Below, piece by piece: positions 1-7,378 of a stretch of 56,120 nt of DNA (position 1 is the first letter of the stretch; each line of letters begins with the position of its first letter). This stretch comes from a virus (Duplodnaviria; Caudoviricetes), in the IMG/VR virus record IMGVR_UViG_3300046331_000690, positions 1-56,120 of that record. The stretch is one strand, 5' to 3'. The notes under the pieces were generated by a model. It did not search any database. It was not told where the DNA came from and saw only the letters and a program-made list of their open reading frames with translations. The position numbers and the translations under genes were made by a program.

Positions 1-117
1 CAAAGGAAGATAGGCCAATTTAGAGTGCAACATATAAAATTTATTCTACGGGCAAAAGAATGGTATATGGAGGCATTGATTGATAGTAAGATTGAGTTTG
101 TGGGAGGGGAGGATTAA
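1..117 (+). CDS. 3' part of a 70-aa hypothetical protein spanning the window join (56025..56120 + 1..117)
   Basis: Manual translation gives MARIQLV...SFEYN|QRKIGQF...VGGED*. The TAA at 115-117 overlaps the AAC core of repeat R0. Confidence 0.75.
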   Translation, partial: QRKIGQFRVQHIKFILRAKEWYMEALIDSKIEFVGGED

Positions 118-238
118 CGCACAGGGCTTAACGCAGGTGTGGTATTAGATAGGTGATTTACAGCCCTTGTACTTGGCTTGGATATATATGCTGCCGATAG
201 CCTGATTGTCAAGCCACACTTGCGGTAAACCCAATGTT
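116..238. repeat. attC-like hairpin repeat R0
   Basis: AAC..GGGCTTAACGCAGGTGTGG...CCACACTTGCGGTAAACCC..GTT, 123 bp. Confidence 0.85.
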
Positions 239-266
239 GGCTGCTGTACGGTAAAAAAATAAAGAA

Positions 267-518
267 ATGACAAAAGAAAGTATCATAGAATTACAAAAGA
301 TTGATTGCAACTGTAATGATTGTAAACACCTTGTCCGTGATTTTGAAAAATATAAATTATTTGATGGTTTATATACAAATGAGAAGGGTCAGGTTACAAG
401 TCCATCACATCGTGTCAATTATGGTAATTGTCAAAAATTAAATAAGGCGGTATCGTTTATTCCGAATACCTGTCAATTAGAAACGCAAGGCTGCTTTGAA
501 CATCGGAGAGTAGTATAG
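267..518 (+). CDS. Cassette 1: Cys-rich hypothetical protein
   Basis: 83-aa ORF with a CNCNDC motif. Its stop lies in the cassette right end. Confidence 0.75.
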   Translation: MTKESIIELQKIDCNCNDCKHLVRDFEKYKLFDGLYTNEKGQVTSPSHRVNYGNCQKLNKAVSFIPNTCQLETQGCFEHRRVV

Positions 519-523
519 CGTAC

Positions 524-645
524 AACGCCTACGGCTTGGCGAAGTGGGGGAATTATACCCACAAAAGCCGATTAGAATTACTAATGTTTAATAACAGATA
601 AAAGATGATAGAAGCAGTCAGCCCCCATTTTGCCAAACCGATGTT
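524..645. repeat. attC-like hairpin repeat R1
   Basis: AAC..CGGCTTGGCGAAGTGGGGG...CCCCCATTTTGCCAAACCG.ATGTT, 122 bp. Confidence 0.85.
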
Positions 646-2008
646 ACCTGCTGGTGCGGTTGGTTTACGAGTACTTTCCTTATTCGATGGAATGAGCTGT
701 GGGCAACAAGCACTTGAAAGAATTGGTGTAAATGTTTTGGAATATTACGCAAGTGAAATTGATAAACACGCTATTGCAGTAACGATGCACAATTACCCAA
801 ATACAAAGCAATTAGGAAGCGTTATTGATGTGGATGGATATACACTACCAAAGATTGATTTATTGATTGGTGGAAGCCCTTGCCAAAGTTTTTCATTTGC
901 TGGCAAACGAAAAGGAATGAGTACAAAATGCGAAACAGAAATATTGACTTTAGAACACTATTTGGAATTGAAAAATGAAGGTTACGAATTTGAAGGGCAA
1001 AGCTATTTATTTTGGGAGTATATGAGATTGCTTAACGAAGTCAAACCAAAATACTTTTTACTTGAAAATGTACTGATGGGCGAAAAATGGGAAAAGATAT
1101 TGAGTAAAGCAATTGGAGTAAAACCAATTGAAATAAACTCTGCTTTAGTATCTGCTCAAAATCGAAGAAGATTATACTGGACAAATATTGGAATGCAACC
1201 AATGGGATTATTTGGAGATTTAGAAAACATAATACCGCAACCAAAAGACAAAGGTATTTTGTTAAAAGATATACTTGAAAGTGAAGTTGATGACAAATAT
1301 TATTTGAGCCAACAACGAATTGAAACAATGCTGAAAAGTGAAAGAAGTGTGCCTTATGTTGATGAAGAAACAAAGAAATTCAATTGCTTATTGGCTGTAT
1401 ATAATAAAATACCTACTGATGGGCAATATGTGGTACACAACACAATGCCACGAAGTAGCACAACTGGCAAAGGCGGTAGCGGACCACTAAGCCGAAATGA
1501 TGGTAAAACCTATTGCTTAGATACTGGAAGCACAAATGCAATTGAATTAGTTGGATGTATAAAGTTTGGCAGAACAGATGAGGCAAAGGAAATGAGAAAA
1601 GAAAGTATGAAAAATGGCAAAGATTATACACCATTTCAAGCCAAAGAAATAACTGGTATTGATTACGATAAAATGAATACGCTTACTACTGCAATAAATA
1701 AAGATAACCTGGTAATGCAATTAAATCCATCAACTGAAAGTAATGGATGCCAACCTTACCAACAAAATAGAATTTATGATACAGATGGAATTAGCCCCGC
1801 CTTAATGGCTCAAATGAGTTGTGGCACTCACGCCATAAAACACGAAAGAAAAATAAGAAGATTAACACCTTTAGAGTGTGAAAGACTGCAAACCGTTAAA
1901 TATGGATATACAAGTGTAGCTTCTGATAGTCAGCGATACAGAATGTTAGGTAATGGATGGACTGTTGATGTTATTGCTCACATATTATCTTACGGAGAAT
2001 GGTCGTAG
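641..2008 (+). CDS. Cassette 2: C5-cytosine DNA methyltransferase
   Basis: Motifs LSLFDG (I), GGSPCQ (IV), LENV (VI), QNRRR (VIII), RRLTPLECERLQ (IX) and LGNGW (X). The likely start is ATG 641 inside the repeat; the ORF track gives 605. Confidence 0.92.
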   Translation: MLPAGAVGLRVLSLFDGMSCGQQALERIGVNVLEYYASEIDKHAIAVTMHNYPNTKQLGSVIDVDGYTLPKIDLLIGGSPCQSFSFAGKRKGMSTKCETEILTLEHYLELKNEGYEFEGQSYLFWEYMRLLNEVKPKYFLLENVLMGEKWEKILSKAIGVKPIEINSALVSAQNRRRLYWTNIGMQPMGLFGDLENIIPQPKDKGILLKDILESEVDDKYYLSQQRIETMLKSERSVPYVDEETKKFNCLLAVYNKIPTDGQYVVHNTMPRSSTTGKGGSGPLSRNDGKTYCLDTGSTNAIELVGCIKFGRTDEAKEMRKESMKNGKDYTPFQAKEITGIDYDKMNTLTTAINKDNLVMQLNPSTESNGCQPYQQNRIYDTDGISPALMAQMSCGTHAIKHERKIRRLTPLECERLQTVKYGYTSVASDSQRYRMLGNGWTVDVIAHILSYGEWS

Positions 2009-2019
2009 CACTTGCAGGT

Positions 2020-2141
2020 AACGGTGGGCATATTACGCAGGTTTGGAGGCTTTGCAATCAGATCCAAACCAGCACTAAAGCCCGGCTCTGCAAGCTGACC
2101 AGGATATGACTTCCAGCCAAACTTGCGTAAATGCCGTTGTT
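2020..2141. repeat. attC-like hairpin repeat R2
   Basis: AAC..GGCAT[A]TTACGCAGGTTTGG...CCAAACTTGCGTAAATGCC..GTT, 122 bp, with one bulged A. Confidence 0.85.
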
Positions 2142-2195
2142 GTGTGCTGTTTTTCTTAGGGTTTTACAACTATCTTTAAAATAATTGTAAATAAA

Positions 2196-2231
2196 TTAGG
2201 AAAATACAATTTGACGGCATATATTTGTATT
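2196..2231 (+). promoter_or_regulatory. Putative Bacteroidota promoter inside cassette 3
   Basis: TTAG(2196-99)-N20-TATATTTG(2220-27), overlapped by the inverted repeat AATACAA/TTGTATT. Confidence 0.55.
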
Positions 2232-2246
2232 ACAAAAGCAAAAAAC

Positions 2247-2501
2247 ATGACAAAGACAATTTCACAATTACGCAAAGAAGCAAACAAAGCACCTAAGTAC
2301 GTTTTAAAAATGGACGGACTTGATTTATTTGTTGCCGACAAACAGGCTTTAACTGGCTGCAATATCACTGAAGATGTAAAGAAGGCTAAAATGTTTTCAG
2401 TTGGTTTTGATAATGAAGAAATGAAAGCTGGAGTATGGACGGCAGTTGCACAGTTAATGACTAATAACAAAGATGTAAAGTTTGAAGTAATGTATTTATG
2501 A
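2247..2501 (+). CDS. Cassette 3, gene 1: hypothetical protein
   Basis: ORF with ATG 2247 after an A-rich leader. Confidence 0.7.
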   Translation: MTKTISQLRKEANKAPKYVLKMDGLDLFVADKQALTGCNITEDVKKAKMFSVGFDNEEMKAGVWTAVAQLMTNNKDVKFEVMYL

Positions 2502-3169
2502 GAATAATAGTAGGATGCGAAGAAAGCGGCGAAGTACGTGATGCCTTTATAAAATTAGGGCATGATGCAATTAGCTGCGATTTAAAGCCATCAAGGAACG
2601 GCGGGCCACATTATCAGGGCAGCATCTTTGATATAGACTACTCTGATTTTGATTTGGCTATAATTCATCCACCATGCACTTACTTATGCGTTACTGCAAA
2701 TAAATGGCTTAAAGACCAACCTGCCAGAAAAAGCGGGGCATTAGTTGGAGCAGAAAGGCGGCAAGCCGTAAAAGAGGCACATGATTTTTTTATAGCCTGC
2801 TGGAAATTACCAGTTAAAAGAATGTGTATTGAAAACCCTGTAGGCGTAATGAGTTCATTATGGCGAAAGCCGGATCAAATCATACAACCGTGGCAATTTG
2901 GGCATAATGAACCAAAAAAAACCTGCCTTTGGCTGCGTGGCTTGCCACTATTAAAACACACTAAAATAATGGAACCGGAATATCATATAACAAAATCCGG
3001 GAAACGATTGCCTAAGTGGTATGCTTATGCTGATAAAAGCAAAGGGCAGGCACACAGGGCAGAAATTAGAAGCAAAACATTCACAGGCATTGCGGAAGCA
3101 ATGGCAAACCAATGGACAAATGAAAAGAAGATTATTTCACCTGTACTTGAAATCAACTTTGGAGCATAA
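2498..3169 (+). CDS. Cassette 3, gene 2: short phage C5-cytosine methyltransferase-like protein
   Basis: GCEESG (motif I-like), HPPCT (IV), IENP (VI), and C-terminal RSKTFTGIAEAMA. Confidence 0.75.
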   Translation: MRIIVGCEESGEVRDAFIKLGHDAISCDLKPSRNGGPHYQGSIFDIDYSDFDLAIIHPPCTYLCVTANKWLKDQPARKSGALVGAERRQAVKEAHDFFIACWKLPVKRMCIENPVGVMSSLWRKPDQIIQPWQFGHNEPKKTCLWLRGLPLLKHTKIMEPEYHITKSGKRLPKWYAYADKSKGQAHRAEIRSKTFTGIAEAMANQWTNEKKIISPVLEINFGA

Positions 3170-3341
3170 ATATTATGGCTCTTTAAAAGCGATTTTTATT
3201 GACACTACAAACCCGGATTTAGGAGTAAGCAAATTTACCCTGGACAGGTTTGATTTTGTCCAGCCCTACGAAAATGAAGTTTGTGTAATTCGTAAAGGCT
3301 TTATGCAGTCCACCGGCGATATTAGGACTGCTACCAAATAG
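3120..3341 (+). CDS. Cassette 3, gene 3: small hypothetical protein, possibly DNA-binding
   Basis: In-frame ATG 3120 within ORF 3021..3341. The stop lies in the cassette right end. Confidence 0.6.
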   Translation: MKRRLFHLYLKSTLEHKYYGSLKAIFIDTTNPDLGVSKFTLDRFDFVQPYENEVCVIRKGFMQSTGDIRTATK

Positions 3342-3346
3342 CACAC

Positions 3347-3469
3347 AACGGATTGGGGCTTGTAGCAGTAGTGGATCTATAGCACTACTGTTCAATACAC
3401 CACTAAAGCTGATTAGAAGTACACAGCTCAAAACTTGCACTTCTGCCCCTATTGCTACAAACCCTTGTT
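3347..3469. repeat. attC-like hairpin repeat R3
   Basis: AAC..GGGCTTGTAGCAGTAG...CTATTGCTACAAACCC.TTGTT, 123 bp. Confidence 0.85.
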
Positions 3470-3520
3470 AGCGGTAGTACGGTAAAATAAATAAGGGTGT
3501 AAAAATTAAAAACAGAAAAA

Positions 3521-3853
3521 ATGAAAAAAGCATTTATCAAATGGATGTCCAACCAAAACTGGATTTACAACTTAGCAGTAAAATTAATTGCTAACAGAAT
3601 TGTACACGGTCAAAATCAACTTACGCCTAAATATCTAATGGATAGAGGATGGGTTGAAGAAGAAGGATTTTTTGTTGAGTCAAACATTAAAGACCGTGAT
3701 AAGATTTGGATAAAGTTTGAAAACCACTATTTCAGAATTTGGCACGGCAAAGAAAGAACCTTTATCGGTTTAGAAAGCAAAGTTGAATGGTTTGAAAACT
3801 ACTATCTACTTGCTCACGGTGATAATGGTCGCTACCAACTTGCAGGTGTGTAG
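3521..3853 (+). CDS. Cassette 4: hypothetical protein
   Basis: 110-aa ORF that fills the cassette. Confidence 0.75.
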   Translation: MKKAFIKWMSNQNWIYNLAVKLIANRIVHGQNQLTPKYLMDRGWVEEEGFFVESNIKDRDKIWIKFENHYFRIWHGKERTFIGLESKVEWFENYYLLAHGDNGRYQLAGV

Positions 3854-3863
3854 TATTACCGCT

Positions 3864-3991
3864 AACGAACAGGGCTTGGCTGCACGTACCGGAATTTGAA
3901 ATACTGAATTTCAGCCCTTGTACAAAAGCCCGGTTATGTACCGAAGTTGATAGTCAAATTGTCAAGCCGGTATTGCGCCAAACCCCATGTA
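3864..3991. repeat. attC-like hairpin repeat R4 (right core GTA)
   Basis: AAC..GGGCTTGGC..TACCGG...CCGGTA..GCCAAACCC..GTA, 128 bp. Shares CAGCCCTTGTAC and TTGTCAAGCC with R0. Confidence 0.8.
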
Positions 3992-4051
3992 CTACGTAGT
4001 ATTTTCTTGTGCTGCGGAGCATTTTTAAGTAACAATTTAAAAACTATAACA

Positions 4052-4447
4052 ATGATAACAAGAGATTTATTCAGACTTCCTTTCGGAAACCACAAGTTAA
4101 CAGATGGGATTTATACTTTCTTGCTTCAAAAAGAAAATTCCGATTATCTCCGAAAGACTACTTACAGCATAAGGCAATACGACTCTTTATCGGGAGGTTC
4201 GGTTACATTTTATGAAGATATTGACGATGTTTTTGATAACACAAGCCGATATAAGCAAAAGGTTTTAAAATATAGAGTATTCATTACGGGAATGTCTTTT
4301 GGTGGTAGGGATGATTTATGGAATGTACTTTACAACTTAAAATACGTTCCTAAGTCCTCTTATAAAGAGTGGTTAAAAAAAGTTGAAGGAATAATGTCCA
4401 TCCAAATTGAAAAACAAATGTGTGGCGTTGGCGAAAATATTACGTAG
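4052..4447 (+). CDS. Cassette 5: hypothetical protein
   Basis: Likely ATG at 4052; the upstream part of ORF 3947 is repeat sequence. Confidence 0.7.
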   Translation: MITRDLFRLPFGNHKLTDGIYTFLLQKENSDYLRKTTYSIRQYDSLSGGSVTFYEDIDDVFDNTSRYKQKVLKYRVFITGMSFGGRDDLWNVLYNLKYVPKSSYKEWLKKVEGIMSIQIEKQMCGVGENIT

Positions 4448-4571
4448 TACGGTTCGGGGCTTTAAGAAGTTGGGGTTTCAAAGCTCAAATGTTCGTTTAA
4501 GCACTACTGTTGATTAGAATTACAAAAGTTGGGGTTTATCACTTCTGCCCCAATTTCTTAAACCCCTTGTT
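4448..4571. repeat. attC-like hairpin repeat R5 (left core TAC)
   Basis: TAC..GGGGCTTTAAGAAGTTGGGG...CCCCAATTTCTTAAACCCC.TTGTT, 124 bp. Shares GCACTACTGTT, GATTAGAA and CACTTCTGCCCC with R3. Confidence 0.85.
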
Positions 4572-4626
4572 ATGCCATCGTTGCGGTTTTCAAGGCAGGA
4601 AGTTTAACTTAAAAACAATTTAAAAA

Positions 4627-5343
4627 ATGAAATTAATAGCACTTGGCGACACTCACGGCAGAACAGATTGGAAGCAAATAGTTTCTAATACTGAATTTGA
4701 TAAAGTAATATTTATTGGCGACTACTTTGATACTCACGAAGATATTACACCTGAACAGCAGAAGTCAAATTTTGAAGATCTGATTAAATACAAAATAGCC
4801 AATATGGATAAAGTTGTTTTACTTTTTGGCAACCACGACTATCATTATTTAAAAACTGTAAATGAAACTTATAGTGGTTTTCAAGAATGGCACAGGACAG
4901 ATATAGCAGAGATGTTACACAAAGCATTAGGTGCTGATTTAATGCAAATGTGCCTAATTGATGGTAATTACATTTTTAGCCACGCAGGTGTAACAAAAAC
5001 TTGGTTGAAAAATACTGGTTATACAGGCGAAGACCCATTAGAATTATTTATAAATGATTTGTTTAAATATCAGCCATTGGCTTTTAGGTTTACAAGTGGT
5101 GTTAATCATTCTCCTTATGGTGATGATATTTGCCAAACGCCAATATGGGTTCGCCCACAAAGTTTGTATGCAGATTGTTTGGATAATTTTATTCAAGTTG
5201 TTGGGCATACTACACAAAAGCAATTAAAGATTATAGACGACAAGATAGTATTGATTGATACAATCGGAATGTCTGGTCAATTTCTTTGTATCACTGATGG
5301 TGAAATGTCCGTTTTGGAACTATCACGTAGCAATGGGGCATAA
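4627..5343 (+). CDS. Cassette 6: calcineurin-like metallophosphoesterase
   Basis: GDTHG, GDYFD, GNHD, SHAG and GHT motifs. Confidence 0.9.
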   Translation: MKLIALGDTHGRTDWKQIVSNTEFDKVIFIGDYFDTHEDITPEQQKSNFEDLIKYKIANMDKVVLLFGNHDYHYLKTVNETYSGFQEWHRTDIAEMLHKALGADLMQMCLIDGNYIFSHAGVTKTWLKNTGYTGEDPLELFINDLFKYQPLAFRFTSGVNHSPYGDDICQTPIWVRPQSLYADCLDNFIQVVGHTTQKQLKIIDDKIVLIDTIGMSGQFLCITDGEMSVLELSRSNGA

Positions 5344-5472
5344 CGCTGGGCATATTGCGAAGTTGGGGTAATAGAATTACTGTCGCTTGGTAGCTTATTG
5401 CACAACTGCTCAACAAAGATTTAAACTCCGATTGCGGTTCCGTCAAGCCCCAATTTAGCAAATGCCTATGTT
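5342..5472. repeat. attC-like hairpin repeat R6
   Basis: AAC..GGCAT[A]TTGCGAAGTTGGGG...CCCCAATTTAGCAAATGCC..GTT, 131 bp, with the same bulged A as R2. Confidence 0.85.
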
Positions 5473-5512
5473 GGCTGCTGCTATTAGGGTTCTCAAAATA
5501 ATGTCCTAAATA

Positions 5513-5544
5513 TTTGGTGTAACCAATAAGTTACACTACATTTG
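5513..5544 (+). promoter_or_regulatory. Bacteroidota promoter with a palindromic operator in cassette 7
   Basis: TTTG(5513-16)-N20-TACATTTG(5537-44). The spacer is GTGTAAC-caataa-GTTACAC. Confidence 0.7.
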
Positions 5545-5558
5545 ATAAAACATTTATT

Positions 5559-5807
5559 ATGGCAACAGTAACAAAAAACGCAAAAGAACTGAGTTTTAAA
5601 CAAATAACTATTGGTGAATTGCAACACGCTGATTTTTTTTCTCTTAATGGTAAATCATTTTTCATCTTTTCAAGAGTGGAAGAAATCGGATTAGGATTAG
5701 TTTCTATTCATTACCTATCAACGGTGAAATGGCAATCGTATGACAGGGTAATCAGGAATGATAAAAAGGTGTTTGTTGCACCATTAGGGAGGCATTATGA
5801 AGGATAA
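5559..5807 (+). CDS. Cassette 7, gene 1: hypothetical protein
   Basis: 82-aa ORF downstream of the promoter. Confidence 0.7.
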   Translation: MATVTKNAKELSFKQITIGELQHADFFSLNGKSFFIFSRVEEIGLGLVSIHYLSTVKWQSYDRVIRNDKKVFVAPLGRHYEG

Positions 5808-5994
5808 AATATTTAACTACATAAATGCTGCTGCTTTCTTTTCTGAATACTTGCCACACATTAAAAGCTATAAACACAAATTACGTGGCAAAAATGGTAG
5901 AGGAAACATTGTTGACTTTACAGATAAAGAAAAAAAGGAAATAAACGCTGCCTTGAAAAAACTCTTTAAAGAATTAGGGGGTGTCGCAAAGTAG
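5797..5994 (+). CDS. Cassette 7, gene 2: small DNA-binding protein (DUF5053-like)
   Basis: KLRGKNGRGNIVDFTDKEKKEINAAL resembles the DUF5053 C-terminal pattern (recalled, not searched). Confidence 0.5.
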   Translation: MKDKIFNYINAAAFFSEYLPHIKSYKHKLRGKNGRGNIVDFTDKEKKEINAALKKLFKELGGVAK

Positions 5995-6040
5995 CAGCCA
6001 ACATCTTTTTTAATGCACTCTCTTTAAAAATCAACATTTT
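5990..6040. other. Putative attI-like primary recombination site
   Basis: The last cassette ends in AAC (6000-02) with no hairpin after it, 38 bp before the recombinase ATG. Confidence 0.55.
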
Positions 6041-6922
6041 ATGAATAGGAAAAATGAATTATTACAGCAATTTAAAAATGAATTGAGTTTGAGAAATTAT
6101 GCTATGAATAGTATAGATACTTACAGTGGGTATCTATCACAGTTTTTTGAAGCAATGAAAGGCAAACCAAAGCCATTGCAAATTGAGGAGATTAAACAAT
6201 TTTTGTTATCCATCACCAACATGAATACCAGGGCAATGTTTGTAAATAGCATCCGTAATTTTTATAGCTACATTTTAAAAACGCCTTTGAGTTTAGATGA
6301 TATTCCTTATCCACGTAAGACAAGTTATTTGCCACAAATACTAAGCATACAAGAGGTAGATCGAATGATGAAATGTGTTGTAAATATTAAGCATAAAGCC
6401 ATTTTGCAAACCATGTATAGTTGCGCTTTGCGTATAAGTGAAGTGCCAGAAATTGAATGCAATACTAATATATGTCACTTGGATAGCAGCAGAAAAACAT
6501 TGCTGGTGAAAGGTGCCAAGGGTTTTAAAGATCGGTATGTACCAATACCTATTCCTACCATTATATTGCTTCGCAATTACAGAATAGCAGATAATAAAGG
6601 AAAGTGGTTATTTATGGGGCAAAATCAACAAAAATATTCTGTGAGAAGTATTCAGCAGATTTTTCACCGTGCAAAAGAAGCTGCACATATTGCCAAAAAA
6701 GTAACGCCACATTCATTAAGGCATAGCCGCCTTACTCACCTATGCGAAGCTGGGATGGATATATACAAGCTAAAGGAATTTGCCGGGCACAACAATATTA
6801 AAACAACTGAAATTTATTTGCACCTCAGTAAATCATCACTGGTAAATAATACCGAGCTGGCAGACCTGATCATTGCACAGTCATTGCATAACAGTGAATT
6901 ATTAATAGAATTAGGAAATTAA
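6041..6922 (+). CDS. Tyrosine recombinase, integron-integrase-like/XerD-like
   Basis: N-terminal SAM-like segment (LRNYAMNSIDTY) and catalytic motifs LRISE, KGFKDR, HSLRHS, AGH, TTEIY. The IntI-specific insertion is absent. Confidence 0.93.
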   Translation: MNRKNELLQQFKNELSLRNYAMNSIDTYSGYLSQFFEAMKGKPKPLQIEEIKQFLLSITNMNTRAMFVNSIRNFYSYILKTPLSLDDIPYPRKTSYLPQILSIQEVDRMMKCVVNIKHKAILQTMYSCALRISEVPEIECNTNICHLDSSRKTLLVKGAKGFKDRYVPIPIPTIILLRNYRIADNKGKWLFMGQNQQKYSVRSIQQIFHRAKEAAHIAKKVTPHSLRHSRLTHLCEAGMDIYKLKEFAGHNNIKTTEIYLHLSKSSLVNNTELADLIIAQSLHNSELLIELGN

Positions 6923-6923
6923 A

Positions 6924-7364
6924 ATGAGAACACCCTTCACTTTAGCTGATCTTAAAAAAACGCCTTGTGCGGCAATTAATCAGCACCTCTTTGTTGCGCC
7001 GGTTAAGAAAAAAGAAAAGAGCCTTGGCAAGCAAAAAACATGGATTCAGTTTAGATTACTCCAGTTTGCAGAAAGCAACAAACTGGAGCTTAAAGAAGAA
7101 CATAGATTTCACGATGAGCGCAAGTGGCGTTTCGATTGGGCAATACCTGAGCTGCATATAGCATTTGAATACGAAGGTATCTTTTCAGCTAAAAGCCGCC
7201 ATACTACAGCCAAAGGTTTTACAGGTGATGCAGAAAAATATAACGCTGCTCAATCTGCAGGATGGATAGTTTACAGATACACTGCAATAAACTACTTAGA
7301 TTTGGTAACTGATCTAAATAATTTGCCCGGTATTATTCAAAAAGAAAAAGATTTATTCAAATAG
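6924..7364 (+). CDS. PD-(D/E)XK endonuclease (DUF559/Vsr-like)
   Basis: EHRFH..RKWRFDWA...AFEYEG...RH...D.EKYN.AQ..GW.VYR. Confidence 0.75.
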   Translation: MRTPFTLADLKKTPCAAINQHLFVAPVKKKEKSLGKQKTWIQFRLLQFAESNKLELKEEHRFHDERKWRFDWAIPELHIAFEYEGIFSAKSRHTTAKGFTGDAEKYNAAQSAGWIVYRYTAINYLDLVTDLNNLPGIIQKEKDLFK

Positions 7365-7378
7365 AGTAACTTTGACTT

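Larger units (their letters stand above)
116..6922 (+). mobile_element. Integron-like cassette array (7 attC-like repeats, 7 cassettes) plus tyrosine recombinase
   Basis: Regular alternation of repeat and gene, self-complementary cassette ends, and an adjacent IntI-like recombinase. Confidence 0.85.

Noticed and set aside
605-640. N-terminal extensions of ORFs 605.. and 3947..
   Set aside because: They translate repeat DNA; later starts (641 and 4052) are more plausible.
116-5472. CRISPR array or simple REP/terminator repeats
   Set aside because: The repeats are over 120 bp and divergent, and whole genes separate them. There are no cas genes and no poly-T tails. Own-end complementarity points to recombination cassettes.
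236-6002. Shufflon/invertible segments bounded by inverted repeats
   Set aside because: All seven cassettes and repeats have the same orientation, and the terminal IRs differ between cassettes. Excision/insertion fits better, though inversion is not formally excluded.
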